NCBI GenBank assembly: GCA_045630945.1
Contig: JAZQTV010000046.1
Span: 1-60,256, forward strand
DNA from: Clostridia bacterium
GTDB taxonomy: Bacteria; Bacillota; Clostridia; Christensenellales; QALW01
Direction: 5' to 3'
Length of the DNA stretch: 60,256 bases
Both the position numbers and the translations under genes were made by a program. This document shows, piece by piece, positions 27,680 through 36,756 of this stretch. The notes below the pieces were generated by a model. The model saw only the letters and a list, made by a program, of their open reading frames with translations. It ran no database searches and was not told where the DNA came from. Numbering within the stretch: position 1 is the stretch's first letter; every line of letters begins with the position of its first letter.

Positions 27680-28515
27680 AAGTATCAGTAACTTCATATA
27701 GTTATTCTCAGCTCTTAAGAAAAGGCGAAATTACCCAAAGGCAAATGATTGCTCTTACAAAAGAGCTTGGCTTTGACGGTATAGAATTTACACAGCTTAT
27801 TCCCGAAGAAGGCTTTACCGAAGAAGAATATGCACTCGAATTAAAGCGTTTGGCTTCAGAAGCAAATTTACCTATTATTTCATATACTATTGGTGCAAAT
27901 CTTCTTGCTGAGGATATCGAAGCGGAGCTTAATGCTTTAAAGCATAAGGTAGATATTGCAGCACTGTTAGGCGTAAAGCTTATGCGCCACGATATTTATT
28001 CCGTGTTCCCCGAGAACGGTCCCAAGGACTTTGATTATTACCTTGATACCGTTTGTGACCGTATCAGAATGATTACCGAATACGCCGCAACAAAGGGCGT
28101 TAGAACGTGCACAGAAAATCATGGAATGTTTTGTCAGGATGCTGATAGAGTTGAAAAAATGATTAATAAGGTAAATAATCCTAACTTTGGATGGCTTGTT
28201 GATATCGGCAATTTTATGTGCACTAACGGTGATTGCGCAAAAAGCGTAGAAATTGGTTCTAAATACGTTTTCCACGTTCATGTAAAGGATTTCCACACGT
28301 TCGATGCTCCTTGTGATGGTGCGTTTGCAACAGCAGAAAAAAAACAATACATTCAGGGCGCAATTGTAGGCGAAGGTGTTGTTCCCGTAAAGGAATGCAT
28401 AGACATTCTTAAAAACAAAGGTTATAACGATTACTTCACAATCGAATTCGAAGGTCTCGAAGATTGTGTTGAAGCATTAAAAAAAGGAATGGAGTTTATT
28501 AAATCATGCGAATAA
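27676..28515 (+). CDS. Sugar phosphate isomerase/epimerase-family TIM-barrel protein
   Basis: GFDGIE, TENHG, LVDIGNF, HVHVKDF, TIEFEG; ATGA overlap with the upstream gene. Confidence 0.87.
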   Translation: MKVSVTSYSYSQLLRKGEITQRQMIALTKELGFDGIEFTQLIPEEGFTEEEYALELKRLASEANLPIISYTIGANLLAEDIEAELNALKHKVDIAALLGVKLMRHDIYSVFPENGPKDFDYYLDTVCDRIRMITEYAATKGVRTCTENHGMFCQDADRVEKMINKVNNPNFGWLVDIGNFMCTNGDCAKSVEIGSKYVFHVHVKDFHTFDAPCDGAFATAEKKQYIQGAIVGEGVVPVKECIDILKNKGYNDYFTIEFEGLEDCVEALKKGMEFIKSCE

Positions 28516-29213
28516 TTCATGCTAAATCAAAGGAAGAAATGAGTAAGCTTGCCGCTGAAATTTTCATTAAACAAATAACAGAAAAACCCGATAGTGTATT
28601 TGGCCTTGCAACAGGAGGCACACCTGTCGGATTATATGACGAGCTTGGTAAAAGCGGTGCGGATTTCTCAAATTTAACAACCGTAAACCTTGATGAATAT
28701 GCAGGCTTATCCGGCGATAATGAAAACAGTTACAGATTTTTTATGAATGATAATCTTTTCAGGAAAATCAACGTAAAAATCGAAAACACCAACGTTCCAA
28801 ACGGAAAAGCATCAGATCTTAACGCTGAATGCAAAAGATATTCAGCATTATTGAAAGAGCTTGGAACCCGTGATATTCAGCTTTTGGGTATCGGTCCTAA
28901 CGGCCATATAGGTTTTTGTGAGCCTGATGAGGAGCTTTTTGCGACCTGCAGTGTTGTAAACCTTACCCAGTCAACAATCGAAGCAAATGCACGTTTTTAT
29001 AACGATATAAGCGAAGTTCCCAGGCAGGCACTTTCAATGGGTGTAGCAGAAATAATGGATGCAAAACACATTGTATTAATTGCGGAAGGCGCAGGCAAAA
29101 AAGATATTCTAAAAAAAGCAATTTACGGCAAAATTACAACGCAGGTTCCCGCATCACTTTTACAGTTACATCCCAATGTTACCGTTATCGAAGCAACAGG
29201 CTTGGATGACTAA
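28506..29213 (+). CDS. nagB: Glucosamine-6-phosphate deaminase
   Basis: GLATGGTP, NLDEY, LGIGPNGHIGFCEP, TIEANARF, PASLLQLHP. Confidence 0.92.
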   Translation: MRIIHAKSKEEMSKLAAEIFIKQITEKPDSVFGLATGGTPVGLYDELGKSGADFSNLTTVNLDEYAGLSGDNENSYRFFMNDNLFRKINVKIENTNVPNGKASDLNAECKRYSALLKELGTRDIQLLGIGPNGHIGFCEPDEELFATCSVVNLTQSTIEANARFYNDISEVPRQALSMGVAEIMDAKHIVLIAEGAGKKDILKKAIYGKITTQVPASLLQLHPNVTVIEATGLDD

Positions 29214-29221
29214 ATAAAATT

Positions 29222-29249
29222 AAGCCACCTATTGTAAGGTGGCTTTTTT
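29222..29249. terminator. Terminator between nagB and the convergent glycosyltransferase
   Basis: AAGCCACCT-N6-AGGTGGCTT followed by TTTT. Confidence 0.7.
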
Positions 29250-30296
29250 GTATATTTCAAGATTCTTTTTTAAACGTTCATCATCGGAATATTCAATTGC
29301 TTTTTTTACGTTTTCGATTGCTTTATCAATCATCCCTATTTTATAATAAGCTATTGATAAAACGTCATACGGCTGTTCGTTCCATGATGATGAACTTGTT
29401 ATATAGGTTTTTGTGTTTGATTTTATATTTAGTGCATATTCAATAAAATAAATACACCCTATCCAATTTTCGCGTCTATATTCAAAATAAGCAAGATCAA
29501 GCCAAGGTTCACGCAAATACGGCGCTTCGGCAATTGCATAAAGATAATATTTATATGCATCACTAATATTATTCTGCATTAAATAACAGTTTGCAATATA
29601 CCGAAACGAAGCACACCTTTCATCCTTCCATGTCGCACTATTAAGTGATAAATGTCTTTTTAGCATATTTATAGCATCAGCATATCTGCCATAATACATA
29701 TATTCACGTCCAAGGTAATGTACGTTTCTGTCATTATCTGGTTCTTCAATTACTGCAAGTTCAAGTAATTCAAGATATTGCTTTCTTGATTTGCTTTTGT
29801 CAGGAAAATGCATCAAAACTACCCCATCGGCATTTCCGATAGTTTCATTTTCATTAACTAAAATTTCGTGCACTGGATTCTTCCATCTGTAACCAGCTAA
29901 TTTATGTGCTTTTTCAATATAGAAAACTACGTCGGGATTTCCGTTTGAATTAAAGTTCCATATATACTTATACCTCACGCGCGTAACATTATCCACAAAT
30001 GCTGCCTCGAGTTTTTTTCTCCAACCTTTTTCAAAAATCTCATCAAGATCGGTACAAACACAAATATCCGTATCACGAGGCAAAAGCTTTAATGATTCGT
30101 TTCGTGCTGTGTCGAAACGCCAGGGTGTTATTTTCTTTGAAAAAACCTTAACACCGTTTTTTACAAGAATATCAACAGTATTATCGGTTGAGCCTGTATC
30201 AAGAACATATATTTCATCCGCTTCCCCCATGTTTTCTGCCCAACGCTTTGCAAATTTTTCTTCATTTAAGGCAATAGCATATACACAAACCTTCAT
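29229..30296 (-). CDS. GT2 glycosyltransferase with C-terminal TPR repeats (probable spore-protein glycosyltransferase)
   Basis: YAIALNEE, VLDTGSTD, FDTARNESL, TDLDE, PVHE; helical TPR-like C-terminus. Confidence 0.87.
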   Translation of the reverse strand: MKVCVYAIALNEEKFAKRWAENMGEADEIYVLDTGSTDNTVDILVKNGVKVFSKKITPWRFDTARNESLKLLPRDTDICVCTDLDEIFEKGWRKKLEAAFVDNVTRVRYKYIWNFNSNGNPDVVFYIEKAHKLAGYRWKNPVHEILVNENETIGNADGVVLMHFPDKSKSRKQYLELLELAVIEEPDNDRNVHYLGREYMYYGRYADAINMLKRHLSLNSATWKDERCASFRYIANCYLMQNNISDAYKYYLYAIAEAPYLREPWLDLAYFEYRRENWIGCIYFIEYALNIKSNTKTYITSSSSWNEQPYDVLSIAYYKIGMIDKAIENVKKAIEYSDDERLKKNLEIYKKATLQ

Positions 30297-30340
30297 ATAT
30301 CCTCCTTATATATGTAGATCTCCGCATTTGCGGAGATCGT

Positions 30341-31264
30341 TTATGCAAGCTCGTTAACTACTAAATTCGCGTTTGTACCGTCGTTTAAAGCAAACGTGCC
30401 TGTTGCATCAGTTGTGGTTATTACAAGGCTTAAAACGTCGCCTGAAGCTAACGTTGCAATAAACTTATTGCTGTATAAGGTACTTTCGTTACCTGAAAGT
30501 GTTACTTCACTTCCGGGGATAACAGTTCCGTTATTTGCTACTGCAACAGTGTAACTACCTGTTGTTCCTGGTGTTCCTGATACAATATAAGTTACTTCAT
30601 AATCAGCATCTGCGTTAACAGTAACGGTGTTAGTTGCTACCGTAACGTTTTCAACAGGATAAGCGTTTGTTAACGGAATTACACTCTCTGTTCCCGTTGC
30701 TACGTCAATTGTTTCAGGTGTATTGTCATATGCACCGCCATACGAAAGAATTGGCACCACACCTGCAGGGCCTGTTGGACCTGTAGGACCAACCTCACCT
30801 TGTGGACCAATTGGGCCTGTGGGGCCTATAATACCCTGTATTCCTTGTGGACCAGTAGGACCTGTTGCACCAATTTGTCCCTGAACACCTTGAATTCCTT
30901 GTGGGCCTGTTGGTCCCTGTGCCCCTTGAACCCCCTGAGGACCTAATGCACCCTGGATACCCTGAGGACCCGTAGGTCCTAAAAAGCCCTGTGGACCTCT
31001 AATTCCTTGCGGGCCTGTGGGACCTTGTGGAATATAAAAGTCAAGGATTACGTTATCCTGCGTACCGCTGTTAATTACAAAAGCATCACCACCGGGTTCT
31101 ACTGTAACTGTTTGACCTACGGAAATTTGGGGGCAATTATTGTTGAAGCAAGGTTTCTTTTTTTCGCATCCGCAGTTATTTTCACAATTATTGTTATGAT
31201 CAAAATTGTTGCCTAAATCGGAATACCTACACGAATCATTACATCTGTTCTGATATCTGTACAT
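30341..31264 (-). CDS. Collagen-like spore surface protein (BclA-like)
   Basis: Cys/Asn-rich N-terminus, 29 GXY triplets, Thr/Val-rich beta C-terminal domain; ATG at 31264 after GGAGG. Confidence 0.87.
   Translation of the reverse strand: MYRYQNRCNDSCRYSDLGNNFDHNNNCENNCGCEKKKPCFNNNCPQISVGQTVTVEPGGDAFVINSGTQDNVILDFYIPQGPTGPQGIRGPQGFLGPTGPQGIQGALGPQGVQGAQGPTGPQGIQGVQGQIGATGPTGPQGIQGIIGPTGPIGPQGEVGPTGPTGPAGVVPILSYGGAYDNTPETIDVATGTESVIPLTNAYPVENVTVATNTVTVNADADYEVTYIVSGTPGTTGSYTVAVANNGTVIPGSEVTLSGNESTLYSNKFIATLASGDVLSLVITTTDATGTFALNDGTNANLVVNELA
30761..31024 (-). repeat. Collagen GXY coding repeat (GPT/GPQ/GIQ)
   Basis: 29 uninterrupted triplets from GPTGPQGIR to GPTGPTGPA, then G. Confidence 0.95.
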
Positions 31265-31308
31265 AATATCCTCCATAAACGTTTAATCGGAAATACAATT
31301 TCCATTAA

Positions 31309-31336
31309 TATAATATGAATTTTCATCAATATTGTG
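31309..31336 (-). promoter_or_regulatory. Putative sigma-K (late mother-cell) promoter
   Basis: Minus strand CAC-16 nt-CATATTATA matches AC-N16-CATAnnnTA. Confidence 0.55.
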
Positions 31337-31340
31337 ACAC

Positions 31341-31375
31341 AAAAAAAGAGTGCATCAATTTAATGCACTCTTTTC
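31341..31375 (-). terminator. Terminator of the glp oxidoreductase operon
   Basis: AAAAAAAGAGTGCAT-N7-ATGCACTCTTTT. Confidence 0.75.
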
Positions 31376-31378
31376 TTT

Positions 31379-31723
31379 TTACATATTTTTTGTTGAAACG
31401 ATATCGGCATCGGTATCAGCAACGTTCTTTATAATAATCTGACCAACATACACAGGTGATTTTAACGTTATATTATCAAGCTGTTTTACAACGTCAAACA
31501 TCTTTGCCTTTGGAATAGGTTTATTTGTTTTAATAGGGCATCTTTTATATAATGCGCCTTCAATTTTAACCGTGCTTGTAATAACACGCATAGGGTTTAT
31601 AAGTTCGTTTTTACCATATTCAATTCCACGCTCACAGCCATTTCCCGTGACAGAATAATTATTAAGTTCATCAACCTTTAAGTGACATCCCTTGGGACAC
31701 ACAATACAAATTAGTTCCTTCAT
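31379..31723 (-). CDS. DUF1667-type CxxC small subunit associated with G3P dehydrogenase
   Basis: MKELICIVCPKGCHL, VTGNGCERG, NPMRVITSTV. Confidence 0.85.
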   Translation of the reverse strand: MKELICIVCPKGCHLKVDELNNYSVTGNGCERGIEYGKNELINPMRVITSTVKIEGALYKRCPIKTNKPIPKAKMFDVVKQLDNITLKSPVYVGQIIIKNVADTDADIVSTKNM

Positions 31724-31727
31724 ATTC

Positions 31728-32978
31728 TTATTCCTCACTTAATATCTCAACTTTAATTTCATCAGAAGCTTTGTTTAAAAGCACCTTTGGCAATACGATG
31801 TGTTCCATCTCACCGGGTGCCATATGCTCACGTTTAAATGCGGCAATTTTTTCACCGTTTGAGGTTACGTTAATTATACTGCTGCCAAATACCCTATTTA
31901 CCCTGAAAAATACTTCTGCGCTTTTCATGCTTTCTGTTATACGGATTTTTTGTGGAACAGTATACGTAACGCCATTGCCGTTTATTAACGAAATCTCGTT
32001 TTCCTTCTTTTCGTTGTTCAAAACGTATTCTGCTGCAGCTTTTCCAGCTCGTGCGCTTTCCTGTGTTACGTAGTCAACCAAATCGTGAACGTGTACTACG
32101 TTACCGCAGGCAAAAATGCCTTCAATGCTTGTTTCCATATTTTCATACACAAATGCACCGTTCGTACGGGTATCAATATCGATACCTGCACCACGAGTAA
32201 GCTCGTTTTCGGGAATTAAGCCAACCGAAAGAAGTACTGTATCACAATCAAATTCTATTTCCGTACCCTTAATAGGCTTACGGTCGTTTCCAACCTTTGC
32301 AACCACAACCTTTTCAACTCTGTTTTTGCCCTGAATATCTATAATTGTATGCGATAGGTAAAGCGGAATATCAAAATCGTTCAAGCACTGAACAATATTT
32401 CTGTTAAGTCCGCCCGAGTAAGGCATAACCTCAACACACGCAAGAACCTTTGCACCTTCAAGAGTCATTCTGCGCGCCATAATAAGTCCTATATCACCGC
32501 TACCAAGAATAACAACTCTTTTGCCAACCATAAACCCGTCAATATTAAGATACTTCTGTGCAGAACCTGCGGTATAAACGCCTGCAGGTCTATCACCGGG
32601 GATAGAAATTGCACCGCGTGTACGCTCGCGGCATCCCATTGCAAGGATTATAGCTTTGGCTTTAAGATCCATATATCCATCCACGGTATTAATACAAGAA
32701 ACGGTTTTATCAGCAGAAACGTTAAGCACCATTGTATCAAGCTTAACCTCTACCTCGGTTTCGTTAAGCATTTTAACAAAACGTTGTGCGTATTCAGGTC
32801 CGGTTAATTCTTCTTTAAAATAATGAAGACCAAATCCATTATGAACGCATTGATTTAAAATACCACCAAGTTCTTTATCGCGCTCAATAATAAGGATCTT
32901 CTTTGCGCCGTTTTTATATGCAGAATAGGCGGCAGAAAGTCCTGCAGGACCGCCACCGATAATTATAATATCATACAT
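31728..32978 (-). CDS. FAD/NAD(P)-dependent oxidoreductase (partner subunit of G3P dehydrogenase)
   Basis: IIGGGPAG, GGILNQCVHNGFG, GCRERTRG, ILGSGDIG, FACGNVVHVHDLVD. Confidence 0.88.
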   Translation of the reverse strand: MYDIIIIGGGPAGLSAAYSAYKNGAKKILIIERDKELGGILNQCVHNGFGLHYFKEELTGPEYAQRFVKMLNETEVEVKLDTMVLNVSADKTVSCINTVDGYMDLKAKAIILAMGCRERTRGAISIPGDRPAGVYTAGSAQKYLNIDGFMVGKRVVILGSGDIGLIMARRMTLEGAKVLACVEVMPYSGGLNRNIVQCLNDFDIPLYLSHTIIDIQGKNRVEKVVVAKVGNDRKPIKGTEIEFDCDTVLLSVGLIPENELTRGAGIDIDTRTNGAFVYENMETSIEGIFACGNVVHVHDLVDYVTQESARAGKAAAEYVLNNEKKENEISLINGNGVTYTVPQKIRITESMKSAEVFFRVNRVFGSSIINVTSNGEKIAAFKREHMAPGEMEHIVLPKVLLNKASDEIKVEILSEE

Positions 32979-32982
32979 AGCT

Positions 32983-34416
32983 TTATTTTTCCTCCTTTGT
33001 TTCTAATACAAGAATATTACTGCCCTCTTTATCCTTTAATATCTCAAGAGGAGAACAACCTGTCTCACGAGCAATAATCTCAAGAACCTTTGGACCACAG
33101 AAGCCGCCTTGGCATCTTCCCATACCTGCGTTACAACGTCTTTTTACACCATCAACCGAGCGTGCGGGAATCGGCGAATGAATTGCTTCTACTATTTCGC
33201 CCTCCGTGATCGTTTCACAACGGCAAATAATACGGCCATAAAGAGGATTTTCTTTTATAAGCTCTTTCTTCTCTTCGTTACTAAGCTCTTTAAATACAAC
33301 GCGCTTACGTTCATCGATAAAATCACTCTTTTTTACTAAATCTAAGCCTTCGTTCTTTAATAACAATACTGCTTCATCGGCAATTGCAGGTGCAGCAGAA
33401 AGACCGGGCGATTTGATGCCTGCAAGGTCAACAAATCTATCATTAGCAACGCCGATGATAAAATCACTTTGGTCCGAATTAGCACGCATGCCGGCAAAAT
33501 TTCTGATAGAATTGCGGTAATTTATTCCGGGTACACTCTTTTCTGCCGTCAAACGAACAAATTCAAGCTGTTCGCCCGTTGTATTAACCTTGCCTTTTTC
33601 ATCACTGTTGGTTGCATCAGGACCGACAATAAGGTTTCCGTGAACCGTCGGCGATACAAGAACACCCTTACCAACGTTTGAAGGACATTGAAATAACGTT
33701 GCGTTGGCTTTAAGACCTTCAACCTTATCCATAAGATAATACTGTCCCTTACTGGGAATTATCTTAAATGACGGCTCGCTTACCATGTTGTGAATAATAT
33801 CACTGTTTACACCTGCGGCATTAACAACATAATGCGACTTAATTTCCTGACCGTTATCGCTCAGAATATCATAATGGTCATCATTTTTATCAATATTATT
33901 TACGTTGAAGTTGAACTTGAACTCAACACCGTTACGTGCCGCTGTTTCAGCAAAAGCAAGCGTATATTCCCAAGGATTAATAACACCTGCCGAAGGTGCC
34001 CACAATGCGCTTAATACCGCATTACTCACATTGGGTTCGCGTTCTCTTACCTCATCGCCCGTTAAAATCTCAAGACCGGGAACACCGTTTATATTACCGC
34101 GCTCAAATAATGTTTTTACCGTTTCATTTTCTTCTTCGGTAAATGCAAGAACGTATGAACCGATATTCTTATAAGCAACGTTTAATTTTTTTGTAATTTC
34201 CTGTGCCTGTCTTACACCGTCAACGTTCAAGCGTGCCATCATCGTATCAGGCTCGGGATCGTAACCTGCATGAATTATTGCACTATTAGCCCTTGTTGCG
34301 CCCATCGCAACGTCATTTTCCTTGTCGATAACACACACCTTAAGTTTATACCTCGAAAGCTTGTACGCGGTAGCGCAACCTATAACGCCTGCACCTATAA
34401 TTACAACATCAAACAT
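32983..34416 (-). CDS. FAD-dependent glycerol-3-phosphate dehydrogenase-like protein with a C-terminal BFD-like [2Fe-2S] domain
   Basis: IIGAGVIG, ANSAIIHAGYD, GIKSPGLSAAPA, ICRCETITEGE, GMGRCQGGFC; downstream of glpP. Confidence 0.85.
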   Translation of the reverse strand: MFDVVIIGAGVIGCATAYKLSRYKLKVCVIDKENDVAMGATRANSAIIHAGYDPEPDTMMARLNVDGVRQAQEITKKLNVAYKNIGSYVLAFTEEENETVKTLFERGNINGVPGLEILTGDEVREREPNVSNAVLSALWAPSAGVINPWEYTLAFAETAARNGVEFKFNFNVNNIDKNDDHYDILSDNGQEIKSHYVVNAAGVNSDIIHNMVSEPSFKIIPSKGQYYLMDKVEGLKANATLFQCPSNVGKGVLVSPTVHGNLIVGPDATNSDEKGKVNTTGEQLEFVRLTAEKSVPGINYRNSIRNFAGMRANSDQSDFIIGVANDRFVDLAGIKSPGLSAAPAIADEAVLLLKNEGLDLVKKSDFIDERKRVVFKELSNEEKKELIKENPLYGRIICRCETITEGEIVEAIHSPIPARSVDGVKRRCNAGMGRCQGGFCGPKVLEIIARETGCSPLEILKDKEGSNILVLETKEEK

Positions 34417-34430
34417 AATTTTTCCTCCTG

Positions 34431-34558
34431 CAAAAAAATAAAAAAGAGCAACGCAAATACAACTCTCCTATTATTTTAGGAAAATTGCACTCTCATTACT
34501 CTCAAATCTCTGTAATTAAGCACAAGAATAGTATATCATTATATCAAGTAAATATCAA
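34431..34558 (-). promoter_or_regulatory. Promoter plus leader attenuator (probable GlpP-dependent antitermination)
   Basis: TTGATA-17 nt-TATACT with extended TG (34558-34530); long leader hairpin about 34444-34503 followed by a U-run before the RBS. Confidence 0.72.
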
Positions 34559-34565
34559 GCGTTTT

Positions 34566-35129
34566 TTATTTAAAATCAAAATTTGTACCCGATATAGCCG
34601 TAGCACCTGCTGAAAGAGCCGCCGCAACATCTTCATTATCCTGTATAAGTCCGCTTGCGATAACAGGAAGCTCTGTAATTTTAACGATTTTTGATATGGT
34701 CTTCGTACTGCATGCAGGTAGAACCTCAATAACGTCCATTACTTCGCTTTTGATTTGCTTTAATAAATTGCTGTACGCAAGTGAATCGATTAAGAAGAAA
34801 CGCTGAACAGTCAAAAGTCCATGAACTGCAGCAATTTTAATAAGCGTTTGTTTCGTCGAAATAATTCCGTCAGCACCTGTGTTATCCGCAATAAACTCAA
34901 CTGCAACCTCTTTTGCTGACAAGCCTTCAATCAAATCAATATGTACAAAAGTTATTTTACCTGCATTTTTAAGCACCTTAACAATTTCGCATATATTCAT
35001 TACAGTACCGTATAAAACAAATACAACCTTGTAATCAGAATTTATGCATTTTTCAAGACCTTCACTGTCCTTTATTGCGCAAATATACTGATTATTTTTA
35101 AGTTCAATCTTTAATTCTTCTCTTGTCAT
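34566..35129 (-). CDS. glpP: Glycerol-3-phosphate-responsive antiterminator
   Basis: FVHIDLIEGL, ADGIISTK, TVQRFFLIDS, EVLP, PVIASGLI, AGATAIS. Confidence 0.92.
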   Translation of the reverse strand: MTREELKIELKNNQYICAIKDSEGLEKCINSDYKVVFVLYGTVMNICEIVKVLKNAGKITFVHIDLIEGLSAKEVAVEFIADNTGADGIISTKQTLIKIAAVHGLLTVQRFFLIDSLAYSNLLKQIKSEVMDVIEVLPACSTKTISKIVKITELPVIASGLIQDNEDVAAALSAGATAISGTNFDFK

Positions 35130-35181
35130 ATTTTCACCTATCATGCATTTTTTACAATTATATCATTATGTACTCGAAAAA

Positions 35182-36672
35182 TCAACCCCAATATATATTT
35201 CCATCAAGCCACGGCATAATAATACCTTTAACATTTTTAGATGTATTATTTTCCATACAATTTATAAAATCGTTTCTGGTAGAATTTTTATATTTATATT
35301 CGTTATAATATGCCCTTAAACCATCAAAAAATGACTGATCACCAATCGTCGCTCTTAAAGAATCATACATTAACGCACAAACGTCATAACACAGCGCATC
35401 ATATAATAACCAATTATCAAAATCCTTGCTTGGTCTGTCGATTTTTTTATTCACCGTTTCCATATTTTTCTCCATAAGCTCAAAAACAATTTTGCAATAA
35501 AGCTCGTTTTCGTTCAAAAAAGTTTTATACCGTTCTTTTCCGTATGTTTTTTCAAGATAAAGCGCAACGGAATATTGTGTAAGCCCTTCGTCAAGCCAGG
35601 GTTCTTTTATTTCGTTGTTTCCTACAACGCCGTACCACCACTGATGTGCAACCTCATGCACAATAACCTCTTCAAGCGCCTCTTCCATTAATGTTGAGTA
35701 CAAATTTTTATCTATCATAACCATATTGGGATATTCCATACCGCCGATATAGAAATCAGTCGCTACAACTGAAAACGTTTCGTACGGATATTCACCGTAT
35801 AGCTTATTAAAGCAAAGTAATGCATTTTTTGCATATTCAAGTGCCTTTTCTCCCATCTTATCATCCAAAAGATAATAGGAATATACAAGGGTGTTTCCAA
35901 CCATTTGAGATTTTAACTTAAAATTTTCGGAAATCACAAATGCAAAATCCCTTATATCCCTTCCGTGTATTATCCATTTTGTGTATAGCGGATTTTGTGT
36001 AGATTTTGAAATAATCTTTCCGCTTGTTGCAACCCGAAACTCAGACGGAACGTCTATTTCAACATTATAGGCAGCACACTCTGAATAAAACGGATCTCCG
36101 TTTGAAGTATAAATACTTTTTATTGCCTCACCATTTTCAAACGGGCATAAAACAGGATACCAATTGCCAAAGTTATACGTATCCTCACCATACCCAAAGC
36201 GCATTGGTGAATTGGGAAGCTTTTCCTTGAATTCAATATTTAATTCTATGCGTTCTCCTTTTTTTATCACACCGGTATTAACCCTTAAAATTTGTTCGTC
36301 ATTTTCAATAAAATATTCAACCGGCTCACCGTTTACCGATACACTTGTAACGTCTATATAGCCTGAATCAAATCCATTAGGATAAGCCTCGGCAATTCTG
36401 TCACTTACCGCAACGTTTTTAATGTTTTCTTCATTTTTAAATGCATTTGCATATAAGCAAAAGCATAATTCATTAACCGCAAAATCGTTATTGTTTAAGT
36501 ATTCAAGAAGTAAAATTCCCTTTAATTTATTTTCATCAACAGTTGCCGAAATATTATACGTGGTGATTTTTGTTTCTTTATTTATAAAAATTGATAATAT
36601 TACAAATATTAACGAAAGCAAAACAACCACAGAAATGCCGATAATAATTAATTTTTTATATTTTCTGATCAT
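35182..36672 (-). CDS. Membrane-anchored M1-family metallo-aminopeptidase
   Basis: GGMEYP, HEVAHQWW...WLDEGL (HEXXH-X18-E); N-terminal TM. Confidence 0.9.
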   Translation of the reverse strand: MIRKYKKLIIIGISVVVLLSLIFVILSIFINKETKITTYNISATVDENKLKGILLLEYLNNNDFAVNELCFCLYANAFKNEENIKNVAVSDRIAEAYPNGFDSGYIDVTSVSVNGEPVEYFIENDEQILRVNTGVIKKGERIELNIEFKEKLPNSPMRFGYGEDTYNFGNWYPVLCPFENGEAIKSIYTSNGDPFYSECAAYNVEIDVPSEFRVATSGKIISKSTQNPLYTKWIIHGRDIRDFAFVISENFKLKSQMVGNTLVYSYYLLDDKMGEKALEYAKNALLCFNKLYGEYPYETFSVVATDFYIGGMEYPNMVMIDKNLYSTLMEEALEEVIVHEVAHQWWYGVVGNNEIKEPWLDEGLTQYSVALYLEKTYGKERYKTFLNENELYCKIVFELMEKNMETVNKKIDRPSKDFDNWLLYDALCYDVCALMYDSLRATIGDQSFFDGLRAYYNEYKYKNSTRNDFINCMENNTSKNVKGIIMPWLDGNIYWG

Positions 36673-36756
36673 AAAAACACCTCGTTGATAAATAAATACT
36701 TTATCTATTTCTTATTTTGTGTTATAATAATTCAAACTGCACGTGGAGGTAGAAAA

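Noticed and set aside
29989-29997. DnaA-box-like TTATCCACA near here
   Set aside because: Single copy inside a CDS, with no cluster or origin context
30761-31024. Periodic repeats as a possible CRISPR array or VNTR
   Set aside because: 9-nt periodicity is explained by collagen GXY codons; no spacers and no cas genes
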